Notes: a model not told the origin generated them from the letters alone. A DNA stretch of 63,678 bases, filler included, from Acidimicrobiia bacterium (GCA_041619515.1; 3 parts of 3 records of this genome joined end to end with filler, not necessarily neighbours in it), one strand, 5' to 3'. Positions 45,203-54,796 are shown, counted from the first letter of the whole stretch. Program-made: numbers and translations.

Positions 45203-46203
45203 AGCGCCTCCAGCAGCGCAACGGTGAGCTCTTCGGTGGTCGCCGAACCCCCGAGATCGCCGGTGAGGACGGAGCCGTCGGCGAGGACCCGCTCCACGGC
45301 GGCTCGCAGCCGTTTGGCCGCGTCTCGCTCACCGATGTGGAGCAACATGAGCTCGGCGGACAGGATGAGCGCCAGCGGGTTGGCGATTCCGCGTCCGGCG
45401 ATGTCGGGTGCGGTGCCATGCACTGCCTCGAACAGCGCGAACTGCTTCCCGATGTTGGCGCCCGGCACCATGCCGAGCCCGCCGACCAGGCCTGCGCACA
45501 TGTCGCTCACCACGTCGCCGTCCAGGTTGCCGAGGACGATGGTCTCGAACTGGTGGGGGTCGAGCGCCAGCTCCATCACCAGGTTGTCGAGCCCGATGTA
45601 CTCGACCTCGGTGAACGGATAGTCCTCGGCGACGCTGCGGGCGGTGTCCAGAAACAGCCCGTCGGACAGTGGCATGATCGACTTCTTGTGCGAAACGGTC
45701 ACCTTGCGGCGCCCGTTGGCCCTGGCGTATTCGAATGCGTAGCGAATGATGCGTTCGGAGGCTTTGCGGGTGACGATCTTGAGGGCCTCGACCACACCCG
45801 GCACCGCCTCGTGCTCACGACCCGAATAGAGGCCCTCGGTGTTCTCGCGCACCACGACCACGTCTACGTTCTCATACCGCGACCTGGTGTGGCCCGGCAG
45901 CGACTTGACGGGTCGCAGCGAGACGTAGAGGTCGAGCGCCTGGCGGATCGACACGTTGACCGACCGCCAGCCACCGCCGATCGGTGTCTGCAGCGGCCCC
46001 TTGATACCCACCCGATTGTGGCGGATCGATTGGATGGTCGCAGCCGGCAGCGGGCTGTGCCCGGCGTCGACGGCAGCGCTTCCGGCGAGCTGCTCGTCCC
46101 ATTCGATTGCGCCGCCGGTCACGGCGTCGACGACCCGCACCATGGCGCCGGAGACCTCGGGCCCGATGCCGTCGCCGGGGATGAGCGTTACCTTCACGGC
46201 CAC
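45199..46203 (-). CDS. NAD-dependent isocitrate dehydrogenase family protein, copy A
   Basis: PGDGIGPE, KGPLQTP, SVNVSIR, RENTEGLY, GDVVSD, EAVHGTAPDIAG. Confidence 0.9.
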   Translation of the reverse strand: MAVKVTLIPGDGIGPEVSGAMVRVVDAVTGGAIEWDEQLAGSAAVDAGHSPLPAATIQSIRHNRVGIKGPLQTPIGGGWRSVNVSIRQALDLYVSLRPVKSLPGHTRSRYENVDVVVVRENTEGLYSGREHEAVPGVVEALKIVTRKASERIIRYAFEYARANGRRKVTVSHKKSIMPLSDGLFLDTARSVAEDYPFTEVEYIGLDNLVMELALDPHQFETIVLGNLDGDVVSDMCAGLVGGLGMVPGANIGKQFALFEAVHGTAPDIAGRGIANPLALILSAELMLLHIGERDAAKRLRAAVERVLADGSVLTGDLGGSATTEELTVALLEAL

Positions 46204-46242
46204 GATTATGGCGGGAGCGCCGGCAGTCCGCGGCTTTCGGCC

Positions 46243-46854
46243 CTACCGGCCGTGCACGCTCTGCCGGCGGAATCGGGTGGCGCGGGTCACCGCCCCCTGC
46301 AGCTCGTTGCTGCGAACCTTGCGGGGCACCTGGCCGTCGGCCCGCTCCAGAGCTTCCTGGTTCAAAGAACGGGCTGCCAGCCTGGTGAGGGTCTTGACCC
46401 GCTCGATGTCCTTGCGGTCGACCGCGTCGTTGAGCGCGATCGTCAGGCCCGCCGTGCGAACCCGCTCGCTGCGCACCCACAGCTCGGCGACCCGGTGTGC
46501 GTCGAGATCCTCCGCCGAGGCAGACCGATGGAAAGCGGAGAAATCCTCATCCCGCAGGGGGAGGAAGCCTCGCAGCCACAGGTCTGCCGTCCGGCGCCCG
46601 GCGGCGATGGCGGGCGTCACGTCCACGTCCTGGCCATCCGGAGGCAACAGCAGGTGAAGGGGAGACACACCCAGCACGGCCGCCATCGCCAGGGCATCGT
46701 TCAGCAATACCGTTGCCGGCGTGTCGGGCGTGTAGTCGGACGCTTCGAGCAGCTTGAGCAAGTCGTCGTGCTCCAGGCCCCGCGCTTCGAGCAGGGCGTT
46801 GAGGTTGGCGTTGAACACATCCTCCATGCTGAGCGGCTCCCGGTCTTGTCCCAT
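46243..46854 (-). CDS. Hypothetical protein with degenerate XRE-like N-terminus
   Basis: FNANLNALLEARGL...LAMAAVLGVSPLHLLLP; follows bcp by 2 nt. Confidence 0.65.
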   Translation of the reverse strand: MGQDREPLSMEDVFNANLNALLEARGLEHDDLLKLLEASDYTPDTPATVLLNDALAMAAVLGVSPLHLLLPPDGQDVDVTPAIAAGRRTADLWLRGFLPLRDEDFSAFHRSASAEDLDAHRVAELWVRSERVRTAGLTIALNDAVDRKDIERVKTLTRLAARSLNQEALERADGQVPRKVRSNELQGAVTRATRFRRQSVHGR

Positions 46855-46856
46855 GG

Positions 46857-47318
46857 CTACCCCAGCACGTCCGATTCCACCCGGGCCGCATGTCCCTTGG
46901 CCCGAACGTTGTACCAGGCATGGCTGATCCGGCCGTCCTCGTCAACGGTGAACGTCGATCGGATGATTCCCTCGTACTCCTTGCCGTAGTTGGTCTTGGT
47001 GCCCCAGGCTCCGAACGCCTCGGCCATGGAATGGTCGACGTCCGACAACAGGGGGAAGGGGAGGTTGTGCTCGCGGCGAAACTTCTCCAGCCTTTCGACC
47101 GGGTCGGGACTGACACCCAGGATCTCGTATCCGGCCTTCGTGAAGGCCTGGTAGTTGTCACGGAAGTCACACGATTCGGTCGTGCACCCGGGGGTGAACG
47201 CCTTGGGGTAGAAGTAGATGACGGCCTTCTTGCCGGTGAGGTCGGACTCGGAGACCAACGTGCCGGTGTGGTCGGGGCGGGTGAAGGAGGGCATGGGATC
47301 GCCTGGCGTTAACTGCAT
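46857..47318 (-). CDS. bcp: Thioredoxin-dependent peroxiredoxin BCP
   Basis: YFYPKAFTPGCTTESCDFRD, GVSPD, FPLLSD, IIRSTF. Confidence 0.95.
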   Translation of the reverse strand: MQLTPGDPMPSFTRPDHTGTLVSESDLTGKKAVIYFYPKAFTPGCTTESCDFRDNYQAFTKAGYEILGVSPDPVERLEKFRREHNLPFPLLSDVDHSMAEAFGAWGTKTNYGKEYEGIIRSTFTVDEDGRISHAWYNVRAKGHAARVESDVLG

Positions 47319-47399
47319 GGTGGCAGAGGATAGATGGGTTTTCGCGCCCTTCGCCAATGAGACTGCCACCGGCCGGGGGTCGAGTAGCGTCAAGCGCCC

Positions 47400-48569
47400 A
47401 TGCGACGCTCGATCTGCACCATCGTGGCGGCACTGATCGTCGGAGCGTGCTCGCCCGGCGCCTCCGGCGAGCCGGACCCGACCCCGGCGACCCCGGCCAC
47501 CACCCGGACTACCACCACCACCCCGCCACCCGCCACCACCACGTCCTCCACCACGACGACCACGTCGTCGACCACGACCACTACCACGCTTCCGCCCGGC
47601 TCGGCTTCCGAAGACGCCCGGGCGGTCGTGCTCGCCGGGTTGCCGGGAACGACCCTCGACACCGCCACCGAGGCGTTCCTGGCGGGAGGGGGACGGGCCG
47701 TCATCCTCTTCGCCAAGAACCTGCAGAGCACGTCGCAGGTGCGCGACCTGACCTCGGCGATGGCATGTGCGGCCGGAGCCCCGATCCTGGTGGCCGTCGA
47801 CCAGGAGCCGGGGCGGGTAGACCGTCTTGCCAAGATCGGGATACCGTCACCTGCCGTCGACGCCGAGCGCGACGCATTCATTGCGGAGACCCAGCAGATG
47901 GGCAAGGCGATGTTCAGCCTCGGCATCAACTTCAACTTGGCCCCGGTGCTCGACGTCGCCCGGGGACCCAACCCCGTCCTCGTCGGGCGCAACTTCGGGC
48001 CCGACCCGGCAGTGGTGGCGCGGCGGGGGGCAGACTTCCAGCTCACCTTGCGCTCGCACGGCATCGTCACCGCCGCCAAGCACTTCCCGGGCCACGGCCT
48101 GTCAACCGTTGACCCCCATCTCCAGGTGACCCCGATCGACGCCGGGCTGGAGACCTTGCAGGCAGTCGATTTCCCACCCTTCCAGACGGCGATCGACTAC
48201 GGGGTCGGCGCCATCATGGTGGGCCACCCGATCTATGAAGCGCTCGATCCCGACAACCCCGCCAGCCTGTCGCCTGCGGTCCTCGACCTGCTTCGCACCG
48301 GCTTCGGGTTCGACGGCGTGGCGGTCACAGACGCCTTCTCCATGGCGGGCGTCCGGGCCGGTCGGACGCTCGGCCAGATCACCGTCGAAGCGCTCATCGC
48401 CGGCGAGGACCTCCTCATCGTCGACAGCCCGCCGGAAGTCGAGCAGGCGGTCGCCGCCATCGAAGCGGCCCTCGCCGACGGCACCCTGCCGCGGGACCGT
48501 CTGGCGCAGGCGGCGGGGAGGGTTCGTCGCCTGGCCGCCTCGGCGGCGCCGGTGGAGTGTCTCTCCTGA
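47400..48569 (+). CDS. Lipoprotein GH3 beta-N-acetylhexosaminidase (NagZ-like) with Thr-rich stalk
   Basis: Lipobox IVGAC; AVDQEPGRV, LAPVLD, KHFPGHG....DPH, VTDAFSM. Confidence 0.88.
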   Translation: MRRSICTIVAALIVGACSPGASGEPDPTPATPATTRTTTTTPPPATTTSSTTTTTSSTTTTTTLPPGSASEDARAVVLAGLPGTTLDTATEAFLAGGGRAVILFAKNLQSTSQVRDLTSAMACAAGAPILVAVDQEPGRVDRLAKIGIPSPAVDAERDAFIAETQQMGKAMFSLGINFNLAPVLDVARGPNPVLVGRNFGPDPAVVARRGADFQLTLRSHGIVTAAKHFPGHGLSTVDPHLQVTPIDAGLETLQAVDFPPFQTAIDYGVGAIMVGHPIYEALDPDNPASLSPAVLDLLRTGFGFDGVAVTDAFSMAGVRAGRTLGQITVEALIAGEDLLIVDSPPEVEQAVAAIEAALADGTLPRDRLAQAAGRVRRLAASAAPVECLS

Positions 48570-48578
48570 CAGAACCGG

Positions 48579-49190
48579 TTACAACCGTTCGCCCGCCCGG
48601 ACTTCGACGGCGAGATGGTTCTCCGGGGGAGCGAGCGGGCACGACCAGCGGTCATCGTGCACGCAGCTCGGGTGGTAGGCGTAGTTGAAATCGAGGACGA
48701 TGCGGTCGTCTTCGGACCCGAGGTCGGCGCCCTTGGCCGTGTCGAGCAGGTAGCGACCACCGCCGTAGGTCTCGGTTCCCGAGGTTCCGTCTCGAAACGG
48801 GAGGAACACACCGCCCCCGTAGCCCGACAGCCAGAAGAGGCTCAGCTGCACCCCGGCGCCTGCCGCATCGAATCGCACCGTGCCGAACCTGCGAAAGGAG
48901 GTTGCGCCGTCGCGGCTGTGCCCGATGTCCAGACCGTCGTCGGCTACCGCCTCGACGGTCACCTCGAACCGCCACGCCGGATCGTAGGGGAAGTAGGGGA
49001 GCCCGCCGAACGAATCGCCGGCCCCGGGGGGCAGAGGAGTCTGCGGGTGCGTTGCGAACAGCTCATCCCGGTCCGTACGCCACCGGCTCCAGGTACCCGC
49101 CCCGCCGCCGCCCGCCCGCACCGCCGCGTACATCTCCGACACGATCCGGCGGTACTCGAGCAGGTCGAGCGTGTGCTGCGGGTCGCCCAT
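48579..49190 (-). CDS. DUF1684-domain protein
   Basis: FLPFRDGTSG.ETYGGGRYL, LDFNYAYHPSC......CPLAP.EN. Confidence 0.9.
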   Translation of the reverse strand: MGDPQHTLDLLEYRRIVSEMYAAVRAGGGGAGTWSRWRTDRDELFATHPQTPLPPGAGDSFGGLPYFPYDPAWRFEVTVEAVADDGLDIGHSRDGATSFRRFGTVRFDAAGAGVQLSLFWLSGYGGGVFLPFRDGTSGTETYGGGRYLLDTAKGADLGSEDDRIVLDFNYAYHPSCVHDDRWSCPLAPPENHLAVEVRAGERL

Positions 49191-49247
49191 GCGGGTGAAT
49201 ATAGGCGATACCGGGCCCGCCCAGCATCGACAGCCGGTCCTGCGGGC

Positions 49248-49303
49248 GGGAAGTTCGGCCGTGGTCTAGGGACAAATGTCCCACGCGGGTGACCTTCCGG
49301 CCC
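49248..49303. promoter_or_regulatory. Three tandem DosR/DevR-like boxes at 21-bp period
   Basis: Perfect GGGAC-AAAT-GTCCC (49269-49282) flanked by weaker GGGAA-GTTC-GGCCG (49248) and TGACC-TTCC-GGCCC (49290). Confidence 0.5.
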
Positions 49304-49457
49304 GCAGCTCCGAGATGCCATACCGGGGGCTCTATCAGGCCGAGATCGACCGAGCTACCTGCAGGGAGCAACGGTCTAGGACGCTCTCACCACCACCCGG
49401 ACGGCCCGGTCGTCGTGCCGGGAAACGAACCTCGCCTGTACGTGGTCGCCGTGGGGG

Positions 49458-50351
49458 TCACCCCCACAGCCAGGCTGCTCCTCGCACCCCGCTCGAATCC
49501 CCGTGGAGGGCGGGGACGAGGGCAGTGTCGACACGATCTGAGAAGACATACTCGCCCCATCGGGCCGGCACCTCGCGGTAGAGCTCGTCGATGTGGGACA
49601 TGCCGCCTGCCAGCACGATCACGTGTGGGTCGAGGACGTTGATGACGGATGCCAGGCCCCGTGCCAGGCGGTCGGCGTACCGCCCCAGGGTGGCCGCCGC
49701 CCCGGCCTCGCCCGTTCTCGCCGCCTGGACGATTTCCGGCGGGGGCATCTTCGACGCCGTCATCCGCTCATGGTCGGCGGCCATCCCCGGCCCGGACAGG
49801 AACGTCTCGATGCAGCCTCGCCTGCCGCAATAGCAGTCCGGCCCGGGACTCTCGTCGCCACTCGGCCAGGGAAGCGGGTTGTGGCCCCATTCGCCGCCGA
49901 TTGCGTTCGGCCCGGTCACGATGTTGCGTGCGACCGTGATCCCCCCGCCGACACCGGTCCCGAGAATCACCGCGAACACCGTCTCGTATCGTGCGCCGGC
50001 ACCATCGGTCGCCTCCGATAGGGCCAGACAGTCGGCGTCGTTGGCAATACGGACCCGGCGTCCGAGGGCCCGGGAGAGGTCCTCATCGAGCGGCTGCCCG
50101 TTGAGGGCCGTCAGGTTGGCGTTCTTGATGAGGCCGGTGGCGGGGGAGAGGGCGCCCGGGGTACCGGCACCGACGGTCGCCCCGGTCTCGAGCTCCCGCT
50201 CGACCTCGTCCACCAGCTCGACGACGGTTGCCACCACCTCTTCGTAGCTGCCCCGGCGAGTGGGAACTCTGCGACGGAGCAGCTCCCGGCCGTCGGCGTC
50301 GAGGGCGATGGCCTCGGTCTTGGTTCCTCCCAGGTCAATTCCAATTCGCAC
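49458..50351 (-). CDS. ROK-family sugar kinase (fructokinase Mak-like)
   Basis: GIDLGGTK, ANDADC.ALSE, GTGVGGG, GEWGH, CYCG..GCIE, GDSSGVRGAA. Confidence 0.92.
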   Translation of the reverse strand: MRIGIDLGGTKTEAIALDADGRELLRRRVPTRRGSYEEVVATVVELVDEVERELETGATVGAGTPGALSPATGLIKNANLTALNGQPLDEDLSRALGRRVRIANDADCLALSEATDGAGARYETVFAVILGTGVGGGITVARNIVTGPNAIGGEWGHNPLPWPSGDESPGPDCYCGRRGCIETFLSGPGMAADHERMTASKMPPPEIVQAARTGEAGAAATLGRYADRLARGLASVINVLDPHVIVLAGGMSHIDELYREVPARWGEYVFSDRVDTALVPALHGDSSGVRGAAWLWG

Positions 50352-50436
50352 GGTGCCAGGGTATTCACGGTGGCCGGGGGCCGGGATCAATGCTGCCGGC
50401 TTGCGACCGTGGCCGGCCTCGTCTTGCATTGACCCT

Positions 50437-51567
50437 ATGGGCCCCCTCCACGATGTCACGGTCATTGAGCTGGGAGGCCTGGGGCCGGTCCCATTCGCCG
50501 GCATGGTCCTGTCCGACCTGGGGGCCACGGTCGTGCGGGTCGATCGTGTCGAGGCCGTCGTCGGCGGTACGCGGGCCACCGAGCCGCTGCTGCGCGGCCG
50601 GCGCAGCGTTGCCATCGATCTCAAACAGCCGGAGGGCGCATCGCTCATCCTGCAGATGCTGGCCGGGGCCGATGCCATCATCGAGGGCTACCGGCCCGGA
50701 GTTGCCGAGCGGCTCGGGCTCGGCCCCGAGGAGTGCCTGGCCGCCAACCCGGCGCTCGTTTACGGTCGCATGACGGGGTGGGGACAGGATGGCCCGCTGG
50801 CGCACGCTGCCGGCCACGACATCAACTTCATCTCCCTGGCCGGCGTTCTCGGCATGATCGGCCCTGCCGGCGAGGCGCCGGCTGTGCCTTTGAATCTCGT
50901 CGGCGATTTCGGGGGCGGAGGAATGCTGCTGGCGCTGGGGGTCGTGAGCGCCCTCCTCGATGCACGGTCGGTCGGCCGCGGGCAGGTCGTCGACGCCGCC
51001 ATGGTCGACGGCGCCGCCCTCCTGTCGACGATGATCCACGGCTTCCGGGCACAGGGGCTGTGGACCGACCACCGGGGAGTGAACATCCTCGACGGGGGGG
51101 CGCCCTTCTACGGGGTGTATCGAACTGCCGATGGCGGTTACCTATCGATCGGTGCCATCGAACCCCAGTTCTTCGAAGAGCTGGTCCGGCGCATCGGGCT
51201 GGACGGAGAGATCCCGGATCAGTACGACAGGGCGGGCTGGGAGCAGCTGCGGTCGCGGTTGGAAGCGGTGTTCGCAGAGCGCACCCTCGCCGAGTGGCAA
51301 GATCTCCTGGAGGGCACCGACGTCTGCTTCGCCCCGGTCCTGTCGGTCGACCAAGCCGCCACTCACCCTCACAACGCTCATCGATCGACGTTCATCGAGG
51401 TGGCAGGCGTCCGCCAACCGGCCCCCGCCCCTCGTTTCAGCCGTACCCCGGCCGGGCCGCCCGACCCTCCGGTGGCCGCCGGTGCCCATACCGACGAGCT
51501 TCTTTTCGGCCTCGGCATTGCACCCGAGGAGGTCGCCGCCCTCCGACGCCGGGGCGTGGTCGGCTAG
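50437..51567 (+). CDS. CaiB/BaiF family, alpha-methylacyl-CoA racemase-like
   Basis: GPVPFAGM.L.DLGA, EGYRPGV.ERLG.GP, GHDIN, NLVGDFGGG. Confidence 0.92.
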   Translation: MGPLHDVTVIELGGLGPVPFAGMVLSDLGATVVRVDRVEAVVGGTRATEPLLRGRRSVAIDLKQPEGASLILQMLAGADAIIEGYRPGVAERLGLGPEECLAANPALVYGRMTGWGQDGPLAHAAGHDINFISLAGVLGMIGPAGEAPAVPLNLVGDFGGGGMLLALGVVSALLDARSVGRGQVVDAAMVDGAALLSTMIHGFRAQGLWTDHRGVNILDGGAPFYGVYRTADGGYLSIGAIEPQFFEELVRRIGLDGEIPDQYDRAGWEQLRSRLEAVFAERTLAEWQDLLEGTDVCFAPVLSVDQAATHPHNAHRSTFIEVAGVRQPAPAPRFSRTPAGPPDPPVAAGAHTDELLFGLGIAPEEVAALRRRGVVG

Positions 51568-51687
51568 GGCGCAGAGCCGGGATGGCCCACCAGGCCGGCA
51601 GCCGACGGATGCGCCGGCCGGGGAGGGCCGGCTGGACGACGAGGCGCGCCCGGACGGGCGCCATCGGGGTGGTGCTGGCACGTACGC

Positions 51688-52422
51688 CTAGCGGACAACC
51701 GCCCGGCCCCGAACCACGAGTGCAGGGGTGGCGGTGAGGGTGCCGGACAGATCGAACACGCCCGGCTCGAGATCGAAATCCTGATCGCGCAATGGGAATC
51801 GGAGCGTCTCGCCCGGTTCGAGGGAGAGCTCACGGGCCGCCTGGTCGAAGGTGCGGCCCGCACCCCAGCGGTACACGATGACGCCGGCCTCGGGCTCGGC
51901 GAGAGTGAGGTCGGCTGATTGGCCATCGGCGAACTTCAGTACCGCCGCCAGCGGTGAGCTGTTGGTGACGAGCGCCACGAACTCGCCGGATCCGGCCTGC
52001 ATTTCGACGGGAAGCAGCATTCGGAAGGTGAGGCCGGTGTCCGGGTCTTTCGTGTTGAGCTCGATAGCTTCGACGGAGAGCGTCCCGCCTGCCAGCTGCC
52101 CGCGTGCCCGAACTTGCTCGGCCCAGAAGATGTTCTGGCTGAAGTCGATGCCGGCGATCCCCGTCACGTCGACGTCGGTCAGTTCAACCGCCGGTTCGCC
52201 GCACTGGGGAGGAAACGATTCGAGCACGGCCTCGCACAGGCGGAAGATGTCGTTGTCCGGCCTGGCCCACAAGAATCCCTGCACGGCAACGGTGCCATCT
52301 CGTCCCTCGGCCTCGACCGGAGTCAGAAGCGGCGATCCCCCAACCCCCCCTTGCCGGTCACCGCCTCCACAAGCCGACAGCGCGAGCAGCAACGCAACCA
52401 CCGGGATGCGGACGCTCCTCAC
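51688..52422 (-). CDS. Lipoprotein with C-terminal BsuPI-like domain
   Basis: Lipobox LSAC; L.F..GQ..D...VYRW..GR.F.QA....L.PGE pattern. Confidence 0.7.
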   Translation of the reverse strand: MRSVRIPVVALLLALSACGGGDRQGGVGGSPLLTPVEAEGRDGTVAVQGFLWARPDNDIFRLCEAVLESFPPQCGEPAVELTDVDVTGIAGIDFSQNIFWAEQVRARGQLAGGTLSVEAIELNTKDPDTGLTFRMLLPVEMQAGSGEFVALVTNSSPLAAVLKFADGQSADLTLAEPEAGVIVYRWGAGRTFDQAARELSLEPGETLRFPLRDQDFDLEPGVFDLSGTLTATPALVVRGRAVVR

Positions 52423-53447
52423 GACTCGACCGTGAGCTTTCGGGCCCGCAACTGTCCGCAGGCAGCGTCGATGTCCTGTCCACGGGTGTCGCGCAGCGTG
52501 ACGTTGGCTCCCGCCCGTCTCAGCCGATCGATGAAGGCGGCGACGGCCGCCCGGGACGGCGGCTGGTCGGCGGTGAGAGGGGTGGGGTTGAGGGCAATGA
52601 CGTTGATGTGGGCTCGGAGCCGCCGGGCAATCACGGCCAGCTTGTCTGCCTGCTCCGACGTGTCGTTGGTGCCGGCGATCAGGGTCCATTCGATCGACGC
52701 TCGCCTTCCCGTCCGCCCGACGAAGAACTCGGTGGCGGCGATCACCTCACCCAGCGGGTATCGCTTGTTGAGGGGCACCAGCCGGCTCCGAAGGTCATCG
52801 TCGGCTGCGTGGAGGCTGACGGCCAGGTTCACCCGCCAGGGCTCTTCCGCCAGCCGGCGTATTGCCGGCGCCACCCCCACCGTCGAAACCGTGATCGCAC
52901 GTGCGGAAATGCCCATGACTCCGGTGAAGCGGTCGATGGCGGTGCGAAGCTGGGTGTAGTTCGCCAGCGGCTCGCCCATGCCCATGAACACGATGTTGGT
53001 GATTCGGGCCGGTGATGACCCGAGGCCGGTGGCGCGCAGATAGGCAGAGGCGTACGCCACCTGGGCGACGATCTCGCCTGCCTGGAGCTGACGCTCGAAA
53101 CCGAACTGCCCGGTGGCGCAGAACGTGCACGCCATGGCGCAACCCGCCTGGCTGGAGATGCACAAGGTTGTGCGGCGTGAATATCCCATGAGCACAGCCT
53201 CGATGCTGGCTCCATCAGTTGCCCGCATGAGCCATTTGACGGTGCGGCCCGAGTCGGCAACCTGCTCCGTCTCGACGGTGAACGGCCAGAGCTCGAGCCC
53301 GTCACGCAACTCGGCGGGCAGGTTCGACATGGCGCCGGTATCCATGACCGGTGTTTCGTAGAGCCATTTGCGCAGCTGGTCCGCACGGTAGCGAGGCTGT
53401 TCGGGCCACAGCGAGTCGAGCTCGTCGGGGGCGGTCAGGTAGAGCAT
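52419..53447 (-). CDS. rlmN: 23S rRNA A2503 C2-methyltransferase
   Basis: CISSQAGCAMACTFCATG, VFMGMGEP, SLHA, IDAACGQL. Confidence 0.95.
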   Translation of the reverse strand: MLYLTAPDELDSLWPEQPRYRADQLRKWLYETPVMDTGAMSNLPAELRDGLELWPFTVETEQVADSGRTVKWLMRATDGASIEAVLMGYSRRTTLCISSQAGCAMACTFCATGQFGFERQLQAGEIVAQVAYASAYLRATGLGSSPARITNIVFMGMGEPLANYTQLRTAIDRFTGVMGISARAITVSTVGVAPAIRRLAEEPWRVNLAVSLHAADDDLRSRLVPLNKRYPLGEVIAATEFFVGRTGRRASIEWTLIAGTNDTSEQADKLAVIARRLRAHINVIALNPTPLTADQPPSRAAVAAFIDRLRRAGANVTLRDTRGQDIDAACGQLRARKLTVES

Positions 53448-53502
53448 TGCCCCATCGTACGGCGGGAGCCGGCCCCGCGGTCGGGCCGGCGCATGTGCCG
53501 GG

Positions 53503-53874
53503 TCAGGCCTGGTTTCGCTCCCGGGCCTGGTCGATCCATTCCTCGACCGCCGCCCGCGGATCGAACTGTGCGGCCAAATCGGCCGGATCGGCCGCGGCGA
53601 GGGCCGAGATGGTCGTGATCCCGAGTGCGCTGAGCTGCTCGGCGTACTTCGGCCCGATGCCCTTGATCGCGGTGAGGTCGTCGCCACCGGGCTCGGGGTC
53701 GGGAACGGCGGTCAAGCCGCCGGTTTGGGCCGGTTCGGGCACCGCTTGCAGGTTCGGCCGCCCCGCCCACTCTCCGGCGGGGTGCGATGGCTGGGGCTCC
53801 GTCTGCTGCCTGGCGTACCAGACGGCGCCGGCGACGGCGCCCGCCGCCGTGAGGAGGCCGAGTATCCGCTTCAT
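53503..53874 (-). CDS. Membrane-anchored helix-hairpin-helix protein
   Basis: N-terminal TM; DDLTAIKGIGPKYAEQL...GI, WIDQAR. Confidence 0.8.
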   Translation of the reverse strand: MKRILGLLTAAGAVAGAVWYARQQTEPQPSHPAGEWAGRPNLQAVPEPAQTGGLTAVPDPEPGGDDLTAIKGIGPKYAEQLSALGITTISALAAADPADLAAQFDPRAAVEEWIDQARERNQA

Positions 53875-53896
53875 GGCCCAGACGATAGCGGGAGCG

Positions 53897-54796
53897 CTAC
53901 GGCGCAGTCGTCGTGCTCGTGGTGCCCGGCGCAGTCGTTGTTGTCGTCGTCGGGGCCGCAGTTGTGGATGTGGTGGTCGGCACCGTGGTGGGCGACGTCG
54001 AGGTCGTGGTCGTTTCGGGGGGCAGCGTCGTGGTGGTGGTCGTAGTGGTGGGGGGCGGAACGACCGATCCGTTGGCCCAGCACGATGCCGATGCATTCCA
54101 GTGCTTCCAGCCCCCGTTGGAGTAAACCAGCCAGGCCGCAACTGCCGCATTGGGCTCCGGATCGTAGATGTGGGACCCACCCACGCCGGCGTTGGCGGAG
54201 CGATCGGCCCAGTAGCGGGGTATGTGCTGGAAGAGCCCGGCGGCGCCGCTGGATGGATTGGTGGCGTTGGGGTCGTAGCGGCTCTCGCACCAGGCCACCA
54301 GCACGGCCTTGTCGACATCCTGGGGGCGGAAGTAGGCGGCGACCAGGGCGTACACCGCGTCCGGCGGCATCGGGGCGTAGGTGCGGGGCGGGGGAGCTGC
54401 GACGGTGGTGGTCGTGGCCTCGGTGGTGGTGGTCGTGGGAGCCACGGTGGTGGTGGGGAGCGGGACGGTTGTCGTGGTCGTCGCCGGAGCCTGGGTGGTA
54501 GTCGTCGTCTCTGGCGCAGCCAGGCTCAGCATGTCCTGCGAGAACCCGAATGCTGCCTGCCGGCCGGAGGCGGCGCCGATGATGGGCGGGAGCGTCGGGG
54601 CCGTTTCCCCACCCCGGGAGGCCTCCATCGGTGCGGGTGCACCGATTTCGGTCAGCTCCTTCCCGGGGGAGAACGCGGCGAAGGCCGCCATTGCCAGCAG
54701 CGCGATGACCACCCACGTGGCGAACGCCAACAACCGTGTGAACCTCACGCCCGCAAAACTCCGTCTCGAAAACAAAGAGCCACGCTGCGCCAGCAT
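53897..54796 (-). CDS. Secreted lytic transglycosylase (SLT/Rpf-like) flanked by Thr-rich tracts
   Basis: VAWCESRYDPNA.N..SGAAGLFQ, DPEPN...A.WL, GWKHW. Confidence 0.82.
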   Translation of the reverse strand: MLAQRGSLFSRRSFAGVRFTRLLAFATWVVIALLAMAAFAAFSPGKELTEIGAPAPMEASRGGETAPTLPPIIGAASGRQAAFGFSQDMLSLAAPETTTTTQAPATTTTTVPLPTTTVAPTTTTTEATTTTVAAPPPRTYAPMPPDAVYALVAAYFRPQDVDKAVLVAWCESRYDPNATNPSSGAAGLFQHIPRYWADRSANAGVGGSHIYDPEPNAAVAAWLVYSNGGWKHWNASASCWANGSVVPPPTTTTTTTTLPPETTTTSTSPTTVPTTTSTTAAPTTTTTTAPGTTSTTTAP

